From positions 67,208,001-67,272,000 of the forward strand of contig OZ024740.1 in NCBI GenBank assembly GCA_964016885.1: 64,000 bases of DNA, given 5' to 3'. The translations under genes and the position numbers were made by a program. This document shows, one piece after another, positions 1 through 17,167 of the stretch. Numbering within the stretch: the first letter of the stretch is position 1; each line of letters starts with the position of its first letter. The notes under the pieces were generated by a model that was not told the origin of the DNA, ran no database searches, and was given only the letters and a program-made list of their open reading frames with translations. The DNA is from Eledone cirrhosa (lineage: Eukaryota).

Positions 1-69
1 AGTACGGCTGATACTTAAGTGTAAGTATGTGTGTACACGTACATACATATGTATACAGACGTACAGTAG

Positions 70-75
<6 letters not shown>
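1..75 (-). mobile_element. Fragment of hammerhead-bearing PLE-end family H (same as 5082-5441 and 17168-17610)
   Basis: Shares 'gtaagtatgt...cgtacatacatatgtatacagacgtacagtagtatg' with 17230-17283 and 5082-5130. Confidence 0.7.
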
Positions 76-111
<36 letters not shown>

Positions 112-119
112 AATGTAAA

Positions 120-720
120 GTGAATGAAACAAAATAGAGAATGTTGAGAAGACAGAGGGAATCACTAATGTAGGTGGGAAACCGCTAGAATTGGTTGAGG
201 ACTTCCTGTATTTGGGAGCAAAGATTGGGAATACGGAAGATGATGTGGTTGAGAGGAAGAGCAAAGCCTGGGCGGTTTGCCAGAGCTTGAGATCGGTGTG
301 TTAGTCGGACCTTCGTAAAGGCCTGAAAATCTGCCTCTTCATTGCTGTAGTGGAGTCTGTGCTGTTGTACGGGTCTGAGACTTGGACACTGACCAAGAAC
401 CTCCCTCAGATTGTGGATGGGTGCTACACGAGAATGATGAGGATGGCTCTGAACATTAATCAGTAAACACTGAGAATGAAAAACTCAGAGCTGTATGGGA
501 GCCTCCCAAAAGTCAGCTCAAATGTGACACAGAGGAGACTGAGGTTAGCTGGACATGCTCACCGACTACCCAGAGTTGACATTGCACTCAGTGCTCTTGT
601 GGGATCCCCTACATGGACACACTGGAAGATGAAGACCATGGTTAACGTATGTTGATGCCCTAAGGGCAGATACTGGTCTGTTGGAGACGCGGGACATGTC
701 AGCGATAATGAGAACTAGTC
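120..720 (+). pseudogene. Decayed RTE-clade LINE, RT C-terminal region
   Basis: Manual translation gives LELVEDFLYLG...VESVLLYGSETWTLTK...DGCYTRMMRMALN...RRLRLAGH with in-frame stops, typical RTE C-terminal motifs. Confidence 0.85.
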
Positions 721-1314
721 CATGGATCTCGTGAATTTTATCCGCCTAGAAAAATCCATAAATGTATATATATATATCATAACAAGAAATTGATTAACAT
801 ATAAATATACATGAATAATCACAGGAGATAATATTTACAAGCGTGTAATCACGCATAGCTAGTTTGGGTAATAATTAAATTTATACCTTTAAGTATGATT
901 AACCTTCCTTGTATATATACCATTAAATAAATATATTTCACCAATTAATCAGATAGTAAGTCACGGAAAGTGGATATTATTGGATTGTCAACAAGGAAGA
1001 ATAATGTCCAGCTATCCATGCTCACACAACGAGTTCAATCCTCATCTGGCCGCTACCAAGTGTTGTATCTACACATCATAGCAGCTTTGTTTCAGTGGCG
1101 TGAATAGTTATTCGACAACTAGAAATAGCAGTCAAATTCAACAGAAATAGCTCTACAATTAAGGAGCCGTATATATATATATATCTATATCCAAAATTAA
1201 GATAAATTAAATGAATTTAATCCAAATCGAAATTGTGGGTGTCATTGGATATATATATATATATTTTTTTTTCTTTAAGTCGTTATTTTTTCATTATATT
1301 CTCTCTCATGTTCA

Positions 1315-1396
<82 letters not shown>

Positions 1397-1403
<7 letters not shown>

Positions 1404-1615
1404 GGAACCAGTAAGACCCCGACAGCTGAGCTCAAGCCGTTTCGACGGCTAATTCTGGACGGCTAATTCTGAGTCCAGAATTAGCCGTCGAAACGGCTTG
1501 AGCTCAGCTGTCGGGGTCTAACTGGTTCCTATTATACCCACTCTACTACCTCAAGTATTGAGTACTTTGGTGCGTTATGGTCCACCTGGTTCCTTACCAC
1601 ATTTCCTTCGTTATA
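1397..1615. mobile_element. Palindromic mini-element A (inverted PLE end with 3' half of a hammerhead, plus tail)
   Basis: Arms 1397-1460 / 1473-1536 are near-perfect reverse complements; GAAA-CGGCT..AGCTG-TC forms stem III and a GUC site; tail 1537-1615; (TA)n on the left. Confidence 0.75.
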
Positions 1616-1619
1616 TTTC

Positions 1620-1865
<246 letters not shown>

Positions 1866-1910
1866 TGTATATATATATACACGAAACATACTATGTATAT
1901 ATATATATAT

Positions 1911-5441
<3,531 letters not shown>

Positions 5442-5460
5442 TATATATATATACATTTAC

Positions 5461-5532
<72 letters not shown>

Positions 5533-5558
5533 TTATGTATATATATATATACATTTAC

Positions 5559-5790
<232 letters not shown>

Positions 5791-6338
5791 GTATGAATGT
5801 AAATTATAGCTTGCGAGAAAGGTAGGGCAAGAGAGAGTGTGAGAGAGAGCGAGCCATACATTCATAGCTACATACATACATCACCTTACAAAAAAAACTT
5901 TGTAATCAAATAAAAAAAACACTCTATTTGTGCACATATAAGTTTTCAAACATCTTTGCTTTTTTTTTAATTCATGTCTGTATTTCTTTCTTTTCGTATC
6001 TAATCAAACTAAATGGATTAACTCTATAAAGAATTTAAACAGAATATAACTGGAATTTTTCTTTAGGTCGTTCTTTTTTAATTATATTCTCTCTCATGTT
6101 CGAATTGTACGTATAAAAATATATATTCGAACACTTTTATTGAATAAAATTAGTATTGCTTTTTCTGCCTATTTCTTACTTTCTGTAGATGTGAATAGAT
6201 GAAACTTTTTTCAAGCATCTTGACTTTCGTAAGCTGAGTTATATTTATTTCAAAGAACAACCCTAAAGCACGTTCAAATATATCGTTTATACGTTTCACG
6301 CTTCTGTGTCTTTTACTTTCGTTCTTGCCTTTCATTGG

Positions 6339-6471
<133 letters not shown>

Positions 6472-6499
6472 AGATCAAAAGATGGTTAAAGGAGTTCCA

Positions 6500-6572
6500 T
6501 GTATTTTATTATTCGCATTTCAAAAACAAACATCATCATGCAATAATATTTGTGTTTTCATCAGATAAAACA
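6500..6572 (-). ncRNA. Type-I hammerhead ribozyme (family B, stem III mutated)
   Basis: Reverse complement reads tgttttat CTGATGA [stem II] GAAA tgcgaa TA ataaaataca. Confidence 0.65.
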
Positions 6573-7601
6573 GGAGAACATGATATGAAGGCTAAAAAAC
6601 ACTTGTGGATAGTGCAGTTTTAAATCAACATATGAAAAGTGGTTTTAGATTGATGTGTGATATTGGGAAAAATATTTTATTTAGAGAGGGGGGGGTGGAA
6701 AGGATGAAAAAGGGAAGGAGATGAGAGGGAGAGATGGGTGATAGAGAGAAAGAGATAGTTTTTATAACTGAGAGGAGATATATTGTTTTACATAGAGAGG
6801 TTGAAAACCGTTGGAAGATAATGTATAAATTAAAAAAAATTTTGAAAATTAACGAAGGGAGGATATGTGCGAGGAAAAAATATTTTATTTAGGGAGGGGG
6901 GGGGGTGGAAAGGATGAAAAAAGGGGGAGGAGATGAGAGTGAAGGTGGAGAGGGAGAGATGGGTGATAGAGAGAAAGAGATAGTTTTTATAACTGAGAAA
7001 AAGATATATAGTTTTACATAGAGAGGTTGGGAACCGTTGGAAGATAATGTATACATTAAAGGAATTAGAAAATTAACGAAGGGAATTTATGTATGAAGAT
7101 AGAGAGAAAAAATAATAATTGTGGATGAATATTCTAACGTCAAAAAAAGAAATGTATGTTGATAAGATATTGTGGCAATTTCAAAATTAACGAAGAGAAA
7201 AATTATTAAGGTTTGTGTGTAGAAGGATTTGAGAAAAATAATGTGGAGTTAAAGTTTGTATATTGAAGGAATTGATAATATATGCGAATAAAGAGTTAAT
7301 ATGTATTAATAATGAGTTCGTTGATGGGGAGAAAAAAAAAATAAATTAAGGATGAAATTGAGATTAAAAAGATTTATGATAGAGAGAAAAAATAATAATG
7401 ATTGCGGATGAATATTCTAACGTCAAAACAACAAATGTATATGTTATGATTTTACAAGGTGGAGATAGAATGAGGGTAATGAGTAAACAAGTATTATAGA
7501 GTGTATAATGCCCTTTAAAGTAAGGTAGATGGGTATATTTTAAAGAGGTGTGTGTATATGTGCCTTTGAGAAAAGATTCTAAATTGATAAAGAATTGAAT
7601 A

Positions 7602-8880
7602 TTAACTGTATACTTTGTGAAAAGTTCTATGGAATTTATGCAGGCAGATAGAAAACAAATCTGTACGTCTATTTATTATAGAATCTAGGTTAGAGATAAT
7701 GGTAAATTTTTCATTTAGGCAGAGATTACAGATTTTAGATAGAGAGCTGTTCAAGTATGAGGATGCAGAAGAAATCTTCTTCCAAAAGATGGTATATTTA
7801 ATGTTTTTGTCTTTTAAGGACCATATGAGTTCTGAGAGAGCAGTGTTGGTCTTTTAAGTTTGTATTTGAAAGATGAATGATGATTATAGAGACGAGCTTT
7901 AAAAGAGGTGGAAGTGGAGCCAAAATAGGTGAAGGAATTGGTGCTAGTTATAATTTTACATTCATAAATTAAGTTTTTATCGAGACAATGGTTGTTGAGA
8001 GGACATTTATTTTTAATGCGGCAGTTGCAATTAGAGAGATTATTAATGAGTGACCTAGTGTTATCTATAGAAGGAATTGGATTGGAGAAGTTGTTTGCGA
8101 TAGGAATAATAGGAATAATAGTTTCTTGATTTAGAGTTGGATTATGAACATTTAGCGAAGTTGTGTTTGACGTTGTATTTGGGTTTACAGAAGTTAGCCT
8201 AGGGTTTACAATGACGTCGGGAGTACTATTACTGTTATTATGAAATTCAATATTGGAAGGAAGATATTTAGTATTTAGTATTTTATTGTTGTGTTTAGAG
8301 ATGATGTTGGAAATATTGGAGGATGTAGAATACGAAAATTTGATGGCGTGTTTGTTAAATATTTTACTATAGATATGTGAGGGAGGGAAGCATTTATTTA
8401 AGGCACTAAAAAATAATTTAGGAATATTGTTATTAATAGAGATGGAGAAAGGAGCATTATACCAGATTATGTTTTTGTATCTAGGTCTTTTATTAAAATT
8501 ATTGGAATGGTCATGATTAATTATTCTACTGTAAGTTTTTCTAGAATTTGTTTCTTTACTATATTTGATTTTATCTGGATAGCCGGCTTTAGAAAGTGCG
8601 TTATTATAGTAATTGGCGTTAGCATCAAAGATGTTTTTATTAGAAGATATGTTAGATATTCTTTTTCCAATATTATTAACTATAGCATTCTTGATATTGG
8701 TAGGATGGTTAGATTTAAAGTTAACATAATTTAGGTTCTCATTGTTTTTATGGTAAGGGTAATATAGGCCAGTGTCAAGATTAAGAGATACATCCAGGAA
8801 ATTAGCTAGTTTGATACTATTATCAAATTCAATTTTTAGGTTATGTTGGTTAAAGAGATTACGTATATTGTTCTTCTTTC
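7602..8880 (-). pseudogene. PLE RT thumb + GIY-YIG ORF remnant (missed by the ORF track because it has no start codon)
   Basis: Manual translation: NFLDVSLNLDTGLYYPYHK...SNHP...IIWYNAPFS...CNCRIKNKCPLNNHCLDKNLIYECK...FTYFGSTSTSFKARLYNH...CNLCLNEK...CLHK; 1-nt deletion near 7850 relative to the plus arm; clearly homologous to 41630-43561. Confidence 0.88.
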
Positions 8881-10207
8881 ATCTTTCATCTTTCATCTTT
8901 CAAATACAAACTTAAAAGAACCAACACTGCTCTCTCAGAACTCATATGGTCCTTAAAAGACAAAAACATTAAATATACCATCTTTTGGAAGAAGATTTCT
9001 TCTGCATCCTCATACTTGAACAGCTCTCTATCTAAAATCTGTAATCTCTGCCTAAATGAAAAATTTACCATTATCTCTAACCTAGATTCTATAATAAATA
9101 GACGTACAGATTTGTTTTCTATCTGCCTGCATAAATTCCATAGAACTTTTCACAAAGTATACAGTTAATATTCAATTCTTTATCAATTTAGAATCTTTTC
9201 TCAAAGGCACATATATACACACACCTCTTTAAAATATACCCATCTACCTTACTTTAAAGGGCATTATACACTCTATAATACTTGTTTACTCATTACCCTC
9301 ATTCTATCTCCACCTTGTAAAATCATAACATATACATTTGTTGTTTTGACGTTAGAATATTCATCCGCAATCATTATTATTTTTTCTCTCTATCATAAAT
9401 CTTTTTAATCTCAATTTCATCCTTAATTTATTTTTGTTTTCTCCCCATCAACGAACTCATTATTAATACATATTAACTCTTTATTCGCATATATTATCAA
9501 TTCCTTCAATATACAAACTTTAACTCCACATTATTTTTCTCAAATCCTTCTACACACAAACCTTAATAATTTTTCTCTTCGTTAATTTTGAAATTGCCAC
9601 AATATCTTATCAACATACATTTCTTTTTTTGACGTTAGAATATTCATCCACAATTATTATTTTTTCTCTCTATCTTCATACATAAATTCCCTTCGTTAAT
9701 TTTCAAATTCCTTTAATTTATACATTATCTTCCAACGGTTCCCAACCTCTCTATGTAAAACTATATATCTTTTTCTCAGTTATAAAAACTATCTCTTTCT
9801 CTCTATCACCCATCTCTCCCTCTCCACCTTCACTCTCATCTCCTCCCCCTTTTTTCATCCTTTCAACCCCCCCCCCCCCTCCCTAAATAAAATATTTTTT
9901 CCTCGCACATATCCTTCCTTCGTTAATTTTCAAAATTTTTTTTAATTTATACATTATCTTCCAACGGTTTTCAACCTCTCTATGTAAAACAATATATCTC
10001 CTCTCAGTTATAAAAACTATCTCTTTCTCTCTATCACCCATCTCTCCCTCTCATCTCCTTCCCTTTTTCATCCTTTCCAACCCCCCCCCCCCTCTCTAAA
10101 TAAAATATTTTTCCCAATATCACACATCAATCTAAAACCACTTTTCATATGTTGATTTAAAACTGCACTATCCACAAGTGTTTTTTAGCCTTCATATCAT
10201 GTTCTCC

Positions 10208-10280
10208 TGTTTTATCTGATGAAAACACAAATATTATTGCATGATGATGTTTGTTTTTGAAATGCGCATAATGAAATACA
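10208..10280 (+). ncRNA. Type-I hammerhead ribozyme (family B)
   Basis: tgttttat CTGATGA aaacacaaatattat-tgc-atgatgatgtttgtttt t GAAA tgcgca TA atgaaataca; palindromic stem III. Confidence 0.8.
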
Positions 10281-10398
10281 TGGAACTCCTTTAACCATCT
10301 TTTGATCTTATATTATGTATACTCCAGTCCTACAAACTGTAGAGTGCTTCTTATCCGATATCTGCATTGCTTTATTGTACTACAATAAAACTCACCTC

Positions 10399-10434
<36 letters not shown>

Positions 10435-10616
10435 GTGAGGTTTTTTTTACAAAATGAAAAATAACCGAGGTGTCCTACACGAGTGAAAGTATAAGGAAAA
10501 AAGATGGAATTGAAAATGCAACTGGAGTCTTATTTTTAAAGGAATCAAATAAATATATATATATTTTTTTCAAAAATAAGACTCTAGCTGCATTTTCGAT
10601 TTCATCTTTTTCCCTC

Positions 10617-10671
<55 letters not shown>

Positions 10672-11199
10672 AGAGCGTGTATGTGTGTATGTATGTACAC
10701 ACACATACATGTGTATGTATGTGTTTGTACATACATACATACACTCTCTCTCACACACACACACATACACACATATATATTTGCCCCGAGTTTATAAGAT
10801 CAAAACATGTCCGCTGTTTACAACACGCTGGCATAAAGCCACGGTCCACTCATTAAACTGAATAACACTTTAATTTTTCTCGAATATCAATACGTGTACT
10901 CCACCCTACTCACGGTAATTTTCGTCTTTAATTTCGAGGACACACTCAGTTGATTGGAGTTTTTGCCCATTCATCAAATCAAGTTGCTATAATGTATACA
11001 CTTCATGTAGAGCGATGCCTTTAGGCTTTCTCACCTCTATTATTTGGTGACGTGTATATATGTATAGGTTTGAGGTCTAACGACTTGCCAAATCCGCAGA
11101 TACCATAATCAGAGCCAAAGAAAACCTGTATTCGTTCTGAGCTACTATCTTGAAGCTAAATACGTGGGAGAACTATATTAGTGCTGATAAAATAGTGTG

Positions 11200-11368
11200 T
11201 CGTATGGCATATTTCAATGACACAATCTCTCTGTGATGTTATTTATAGACTCCCTACACCCTCCCCTATCCTTTCTGTTTAGGAAAAATGAATGATACAT
11301 AAGTGGACTATAGGTGGCCAGAAAAACTAACCTAACTCATAGCTTCTTTGTGAACGATCTGAAAGTAA
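11200..11368 (+). pseudogene. Small RT fragment of an R4/Dong-like non-LTR element
   Basis: LTHSFFVNDLKV resembles the RT5 motif THxLFVDDLK. Confidence 0.45.
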
Positions 11369-11369
11369 A

Positions 11370-11560
11370 TGCCAGCGCATCTCCCTTACCATCCTCCGGG
11401 GAAACGCCTTCTCCATTCTGTCCGCCGCGGCTGTGGGGAGGCCAGCACGTGGGACCCCATTTGTTCACCATACGGAGAGATGGAGGCGATGACAGTGGGA
11501 GTTCAGCTGTTCTTTCATGTTTACTTAGGTTACTATTTTCTATTGTATATAGTCTCACCT
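11370..11560 (+). mobile_element. CRE-like non-LTR element 3' end fragment
   Basis: QRISLTILRGNAFSILSA and downstream UTR similar to 36710-36870. Confidence 0.7.
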
Positions 11561-12092
11561 CCAAGATATATCAATTATCTTGATGTTACCATTCAGTACG
11601 TTTCTTTTTTGGTAGGCAGAAAACCTTTGATTGTAAGGGTGTTCCTGGAAGATATAGGGTTGGAATTTGGCAGGATAATCCTTATATTTTTGTAAAACGA
11701 AAGAAAACTATAAATTACGGTAGCAGCATCTCTATCACTGTCCTGACGTCTGCACTGGTAGATTCTTAATGATTGGTACAACCGAGAAATGTAGCACTCG
11801 GATAAGAAAACTATAATATTCGGAACTTTAAACGTAAAAGGAAACGGTGGCATCCAATGAGTTTGATGTACCTATACTAAGAGTAATTCGGTCTATTGCA
11901 TTGGACGCTAGATGAAATCCGAGTCACGTGACGACATTTGATTTACACAATATTTTCATTTGGACATACAATCTGATTGCCTCAACGTAACCATCACATC
12001 CTCAGATTCTCTCTCCCTCTCTCCTCTCTCTCTCTCTCCCTCTCCCCCTCTCCTCTGTCTATGTAATAATAAGAAATAAGGCGGTTTCATTT

Positions 12093-12448
<356 letters not shown>

Positions 12449-12599
12449 TAAAGTAATCATCTTACTGATAAAAAATGCCTCGTTGTAAAACATTGGATTA
12501 TTAAAGTAGACTAAACGCCACTGAAGTCATTCTTCTCCTTTTTTCAAATATATCTTTCTGTACAAAATATGTTCCTCCTTTTATACATTATAACTTCTT

Positions 12600-13100
12600 C
12601 TACACATCAGTTGCCAGTGCCATGATGAGTTTGCTCGGGTGCTTTCCAGGAGATATTCTGAACATTCTCAGCATTTCCGTGTATATGCTATTGAAATTCT
12701 TTGTGAATTTCATTGTTAATACCCATGACTTACATTTGTAGAAGTGAATGGACTCAACCGTTGCTTTGAATAGCATTAGTTTCGTTGTTTTCTTGATCGG
12801 ATGTGTCAACATAGTATTCTGTGTTCACTGAACTACCAAATCACCTATTTCTATCTCCGAACTGTCTAGTGCATGTATTGTGACACGTGAATTTTGTTTT
12901 GTCAGCTTTCAAGAAGAACCTAATTGACTACGCTGCAGACTCCACTCTGTATAACGTGTCCCCAGATTGCTTGTGGGTGTTTCCCAGGAGAACTATTTCA
13001 TTTGCATAAGCCAGTTCTACTATCGGCACAAGGTTTCTATATATCGGGTACTTTGCCTACTTTTCCGCGTTATCCTGTTTGTTAGTGTAATGGCTGTACG
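12600..13100 (-). pseudogene. Decayed RTE-clade LINE fragment
   Basis: KLMLFKATVESIHFYKCKSWVLT...NSIYTEMLR, similar to the 120-720 fragment. Confidence 0.65.
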
Positions 13101-13504
13101 CAGTGTGTAATCAATGCAGCTCACAAAAAAAAAGAGAGAAAACAGATGATCTCCCTGGAGGACAACGGACTAGATGCAGAAAAGATTTTTCCTTCGGATG
13201 TCATTCATGTGCTGAAATATTCTCAGACATGAGCTATTTTATAGCTACTCCGCGAATGAGTACATCACATTTTATATTAACTTTATCCTCTTGACGCTTC
13301 GTAAAAGTCTAAGAGATCGGCTACATATATATAAACATAGCTTATTTTCACTTATTAAACTACATTCTTCTAAAGGGGAAAACTGATTTGCTACGGTTTC
13401 CATGTCAGGCGTAGTAGGGCGTCATGTAGACAAATAAACACTTTTACTTCAACATTTTCTGATAAACACACATACTATATCACTACGCAAAATACACGAA
13501 TTCA

Positions 13505-13524
13505 TAGTAGTAGTAGTGGTAGTG

Positions 13525-13592
<68 letters not shown>

Positions 13593-13603
13593 CGTAGTAG
13601 TAG
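13505..13603. repeat. (TAG)n microsatellite
   Basis: Directly visible. Confidence 0.95.
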
Positions 13604-13805
13604 CTGTTATACAGAATATACACAAACTAAGATGAGTAAACAAATACGAAATATTTCAAGAAATAAACATTTAGTTAAGTTCGTACCGAATTGTTCTTTG
13701 AAGATACCGTGTACAAACATATATATATATATATACAAACATATATATATACAAACATATATATATATATATACATAGATAAATATATACATATATATAC
13801 ACATA

Positions 13806-13857
<52 letters not shown>

Positions 13858-13944
13858 TACACACAGACACAGTCACACACACACACATACACACATATAT
13901 ATATATATATATATATACAGAAAGAGAGAGAGGGTGAGTGAGTG

Positions 13945-14049
<105 letters not shown>

Positions 14050-14398
14050 TGATATTGATATAGATAAATAGTGGTATGAATGTGTGTGAATGAGTATATA
14101 CTACTACTAACACAATTGCGGTCATGATAGGAGCGACCAGGCAGCGGCCTTGGGAGTATTGATAAGATATTGCTAATCCTATCACCACCATAAGCCACAG
14201 GTATAAGTGTGGACACGATAAGTAGTAACACTATTATAGGTATGCGTTTGGGCATTTATCGACATAATGCAATGGTCAGCCATACAGCTTTTATCTCTCA
14301 GACTCTTTCTCCTTCTTTCTCATTATACGTGTGTGTGTATCACACACATACACAGACACGCACACATTTACAGAGACACACACACACAGACAATCACA

Positions 14399-14439
<41 letters not shown>

Positions 14440-14589
14440 ACACACACACACTCATATATATATATATATATACATTCTTAAGGATTTACTTTAAATGAAA
14501 CAGTTAGAAGTCATTTTTTTTATTAAATTGGTTCTTTTCACTCTACTAATGTGGTTACCCACGATTGAGCCAGGGACTCATATATATAT

Positions 14590-14932
14590 AACGTCGGGAA
14601 GGAAGTGATATATTTACAAACTGTGAGGCTGTATGCCCTATAGAATGGAAATAGCTGTCTGAAGAGCTGATTCTTTCCATTGGAAATTCTCTGAATTTAC
14701 AATCCTTTGATAAGCGAAACCGTCGGTAACAGCATTAGAACAGGTGAATATTTAAATCGTATTTTAATTTATTTAAAGGATTGTTTAATGTTTACAGGAT
14801 TGTTTAATGTTTACTTGTTCCGCTCATTCTTATAGTTCTGGTATCTCAAATTAGTACCATTGAACAACAATTATTATAGACATCATATATATTTCCGTAG
14901 GTACTTAGTACTTGTTGGAATATTGATATGAT
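14590..14932 (+). mobile_element. Solo PLE pLTR-like fragment with hammerhead, in (TA)n
   Basis: Bounded by TA tracts, contains the hammerhead at 14654-14733. Confidence 0.6.
14654..14733 (+). ncRNA. Type-I hammerhead ribozyme
   Basis: gctgt CTGAAGA gct..agc GAAA cc-gtc-gg TA acagc; stems I, II and III all pair, GUA site. Confidence 0.8.
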
Positions 14933-15126
14933 TATATATATATATATATATATACATATAAAAAACATGAGAAGAAAGAAGATTACTGCGTGGTTTGCTC
15001 ATGGGTTACATATGATAAAAATAGTCCTTCGTCAGTGATTTTCCAACCATCAATGGTATTTCATCGCATTAAAAATCAGATACCTCAGGTTGGTGCGAGC
15101 AATAACTATATATATATATATATATA

Positions 15127-15610
15127 TTGGTAAACGGAATAGAAAATGCTGACAAATTGTTCACAGTTGAAAAATGGTTTAATTAGGAATAAAAGTGTAT
15201 TAGTGATTGTATGGGTTAGTATTCAGTTGTGGTTTTAAGTTTTTAAGTTTTTACCGGTTGCGCATTTCTAAATGCTTTTCAAAAATAATTTTGAGATAGA
15301 GTGTCCGTGCTGTTTGCTCTGATCTGATTAGTTTTGGGAATTCTACCTGTTTTTATGTTAAAAAAGTGGCTCCAGCGTTATTTTTGTGTTGCAAAAATGC
15401 TTGTGGTCAAAACAATTTTGATTGGTCGGTAGAGGTCATGTGAATGTAAAAAGTTGATTTTGCGCCAAGACTGTTTTTATGTTAAAAAAGTGGCTCCAGC
15501 AAAAATTCTTGGTCAAAACAATTTTGATTGGTCGGTAGAGGTCATGTGGATAAAAAATTGGTTTTGCGCCAAGATTGAGAAATGACTCTTTCACAACAAA
15601 TATGTGTGAA
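15127..15610 (-). mobile_element. Solo 3' end (pLTR) of the Neptune-like PLE
   Basis: Near-identical to 53278-53755 and to the reverse complement of 56120-56595. Confidence 0.88.
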
Positions 15611-15625
15611 ATATATATATATATA

Positions 15626-15806
15626 TAATTGTTTCAATTTTTGGCACAACGCCAGCAAATACTCAGTGCATTACTGGTACTTTATTTTATCGACCTCGTA
15701 ATGATGAAAGGCAAAGTTAACCTCAGCTGGATTTGAACTCAGAATGGCAAGGGCCGTAACTCTATGCGTCAAAGATGGCGTCAGATCCTCTGCCGATACT
15801 GCCAAA
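15626..15806 (-). mobile_element. tRNA-derived SINE, family 1
   Basis: Reverse complement of the 16621-16820 consensus; B-box gagttcaaatcc. Confidence 0.8.
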
Positions 15807-15946
15807 TAATAATAGAACACTTGAGGGTTATATCCGTGGTAGAAATAGTTCCACAACAGTTATTTCACCATACCGAGAAAAATTGTCTCATATTCTGCAT
15901 AAGGTGAAACATTTGTTCACGGTATGGTGAAGTAACTGTTGTGGAA

Positions 15947-16063
<117 letters not shown>

Positions 16064-16119
16064 CGTGTGTGTTCGTCCGTGTGTGTGTCGGCGTATGTAT
16101 GTATGAGCCAGTAAGCGGT

Positions 16120-16235
16120 CAGCTTCACATTTTGTGATGAGCCCCACAAGGAGGAATGGCTGTTTGAACGCTTCTCCCTCACCGTCCTCTGAGGCAATGC
16201 ATACTTCATCCTATCGATCGGGACCAAGATAGTTG
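16120..16235 (+). pseudogene. CRE-like endonuclease C-terminal fragment
   Basis: CDEPHKEEWLFERFSLTVL*GNAYFILS aligns with CEPRELEWLFQRVFLTIFRNNAFSILS at 36680-36760. Confidence 0.65.
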
Positions 16236-16620
16236 GTGGTGGAGCATACACGTTCAGACGTCACTTCCAAACATTGAATACAAGCCATATATAATTAAAG
16301 ATAGTTTAGTTATTGTTTAGGCTTACATCAAAGTATAAATGTAGAACTGCTGGCTACCTCTCCGACATTTCATAAACATGTGAACAGATATACAATTTAA
16401 AGATTGATTGCAAGATTTAACAAACTGTCCTAGTGTTCATCTATTTATTATTTTATTCTATTTAGAGGCTCGTTTTTGATACCTAACTTCCATTAACATC
16501 AAATTTCTAACATTTCTTCTCATTTGACATAATATCATTTATTCACTTTTTTTTTTTTTTTTTTTTGTAATTTAGTATATTTTAATTATTCATTATGAAT
16601 CCTAATATAATTATTCTTTT

Positions 16621-16820
16621 GGCGGTGAATTGGCAGTATCGGTAGAGGGCCGGACGCCAGGCTTTCCAGCATAGATAGAGTTACGCGCCTTTACGGTCTG
16701 AGTTCAAATCCCGTGGAGGTAAACTTTGCCTTTCACCCTTACGGGGTCGATAAAATAAAGTACCAGTAATGCACTGAGATAATTGCTGGCCTTGTGCTAA
16801 AAGTAGAAATAATTATTATT
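16621..16820 (+). mobile_element. tRNA-derived SINE, family 1
   Basis: A-box tggcagtatcgg, B-box gagttcaaatcc, body tttgcctttcaccc..ggggtcgataaaataaagtaccag, (ATT) tail; seven copies in the window. Confidence 0.85.
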
Positions 16821-17167
16821 CTTTTGTCTTTTATCTTTTAGATCATATTTATTTTTTGTCTCTGTCCCAAAATCCTATTGGTGTATATCTACTTTTATAT
16901 ATATGAAACAAATTAAGATAATAGTTCATTGTTTCTGAGGCAATTAGTTAGATAGATCGAGAGTATTGAGACTAATAATATGGAGTTATACAACTACTAT
17001 CAATTAGTCACTATATTGATTTGTCATGATTAATCAACATTCTGAAACGATCGTAAAACTTTGAACTATTTATGCACCAATCTACACCTTTTGTTTTCAT
17101 TGTCAACAAGCAGACACACACTCACACACACACATATATATTTGTGTATATATATATATATATATAT

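Noticed and set aside
14960-15108. CTGAGG../CTGACGA motifs with GAAA on the minus strand
   Set aside because: Core spacing and stems inconsistent; left unassigned
16621-16720. tRNA genes suggested by A/B boxes (also 18345-18410)
   Set aside because: No complete cloverleaf; followed by a repeated SINE body, so these are SINE heads
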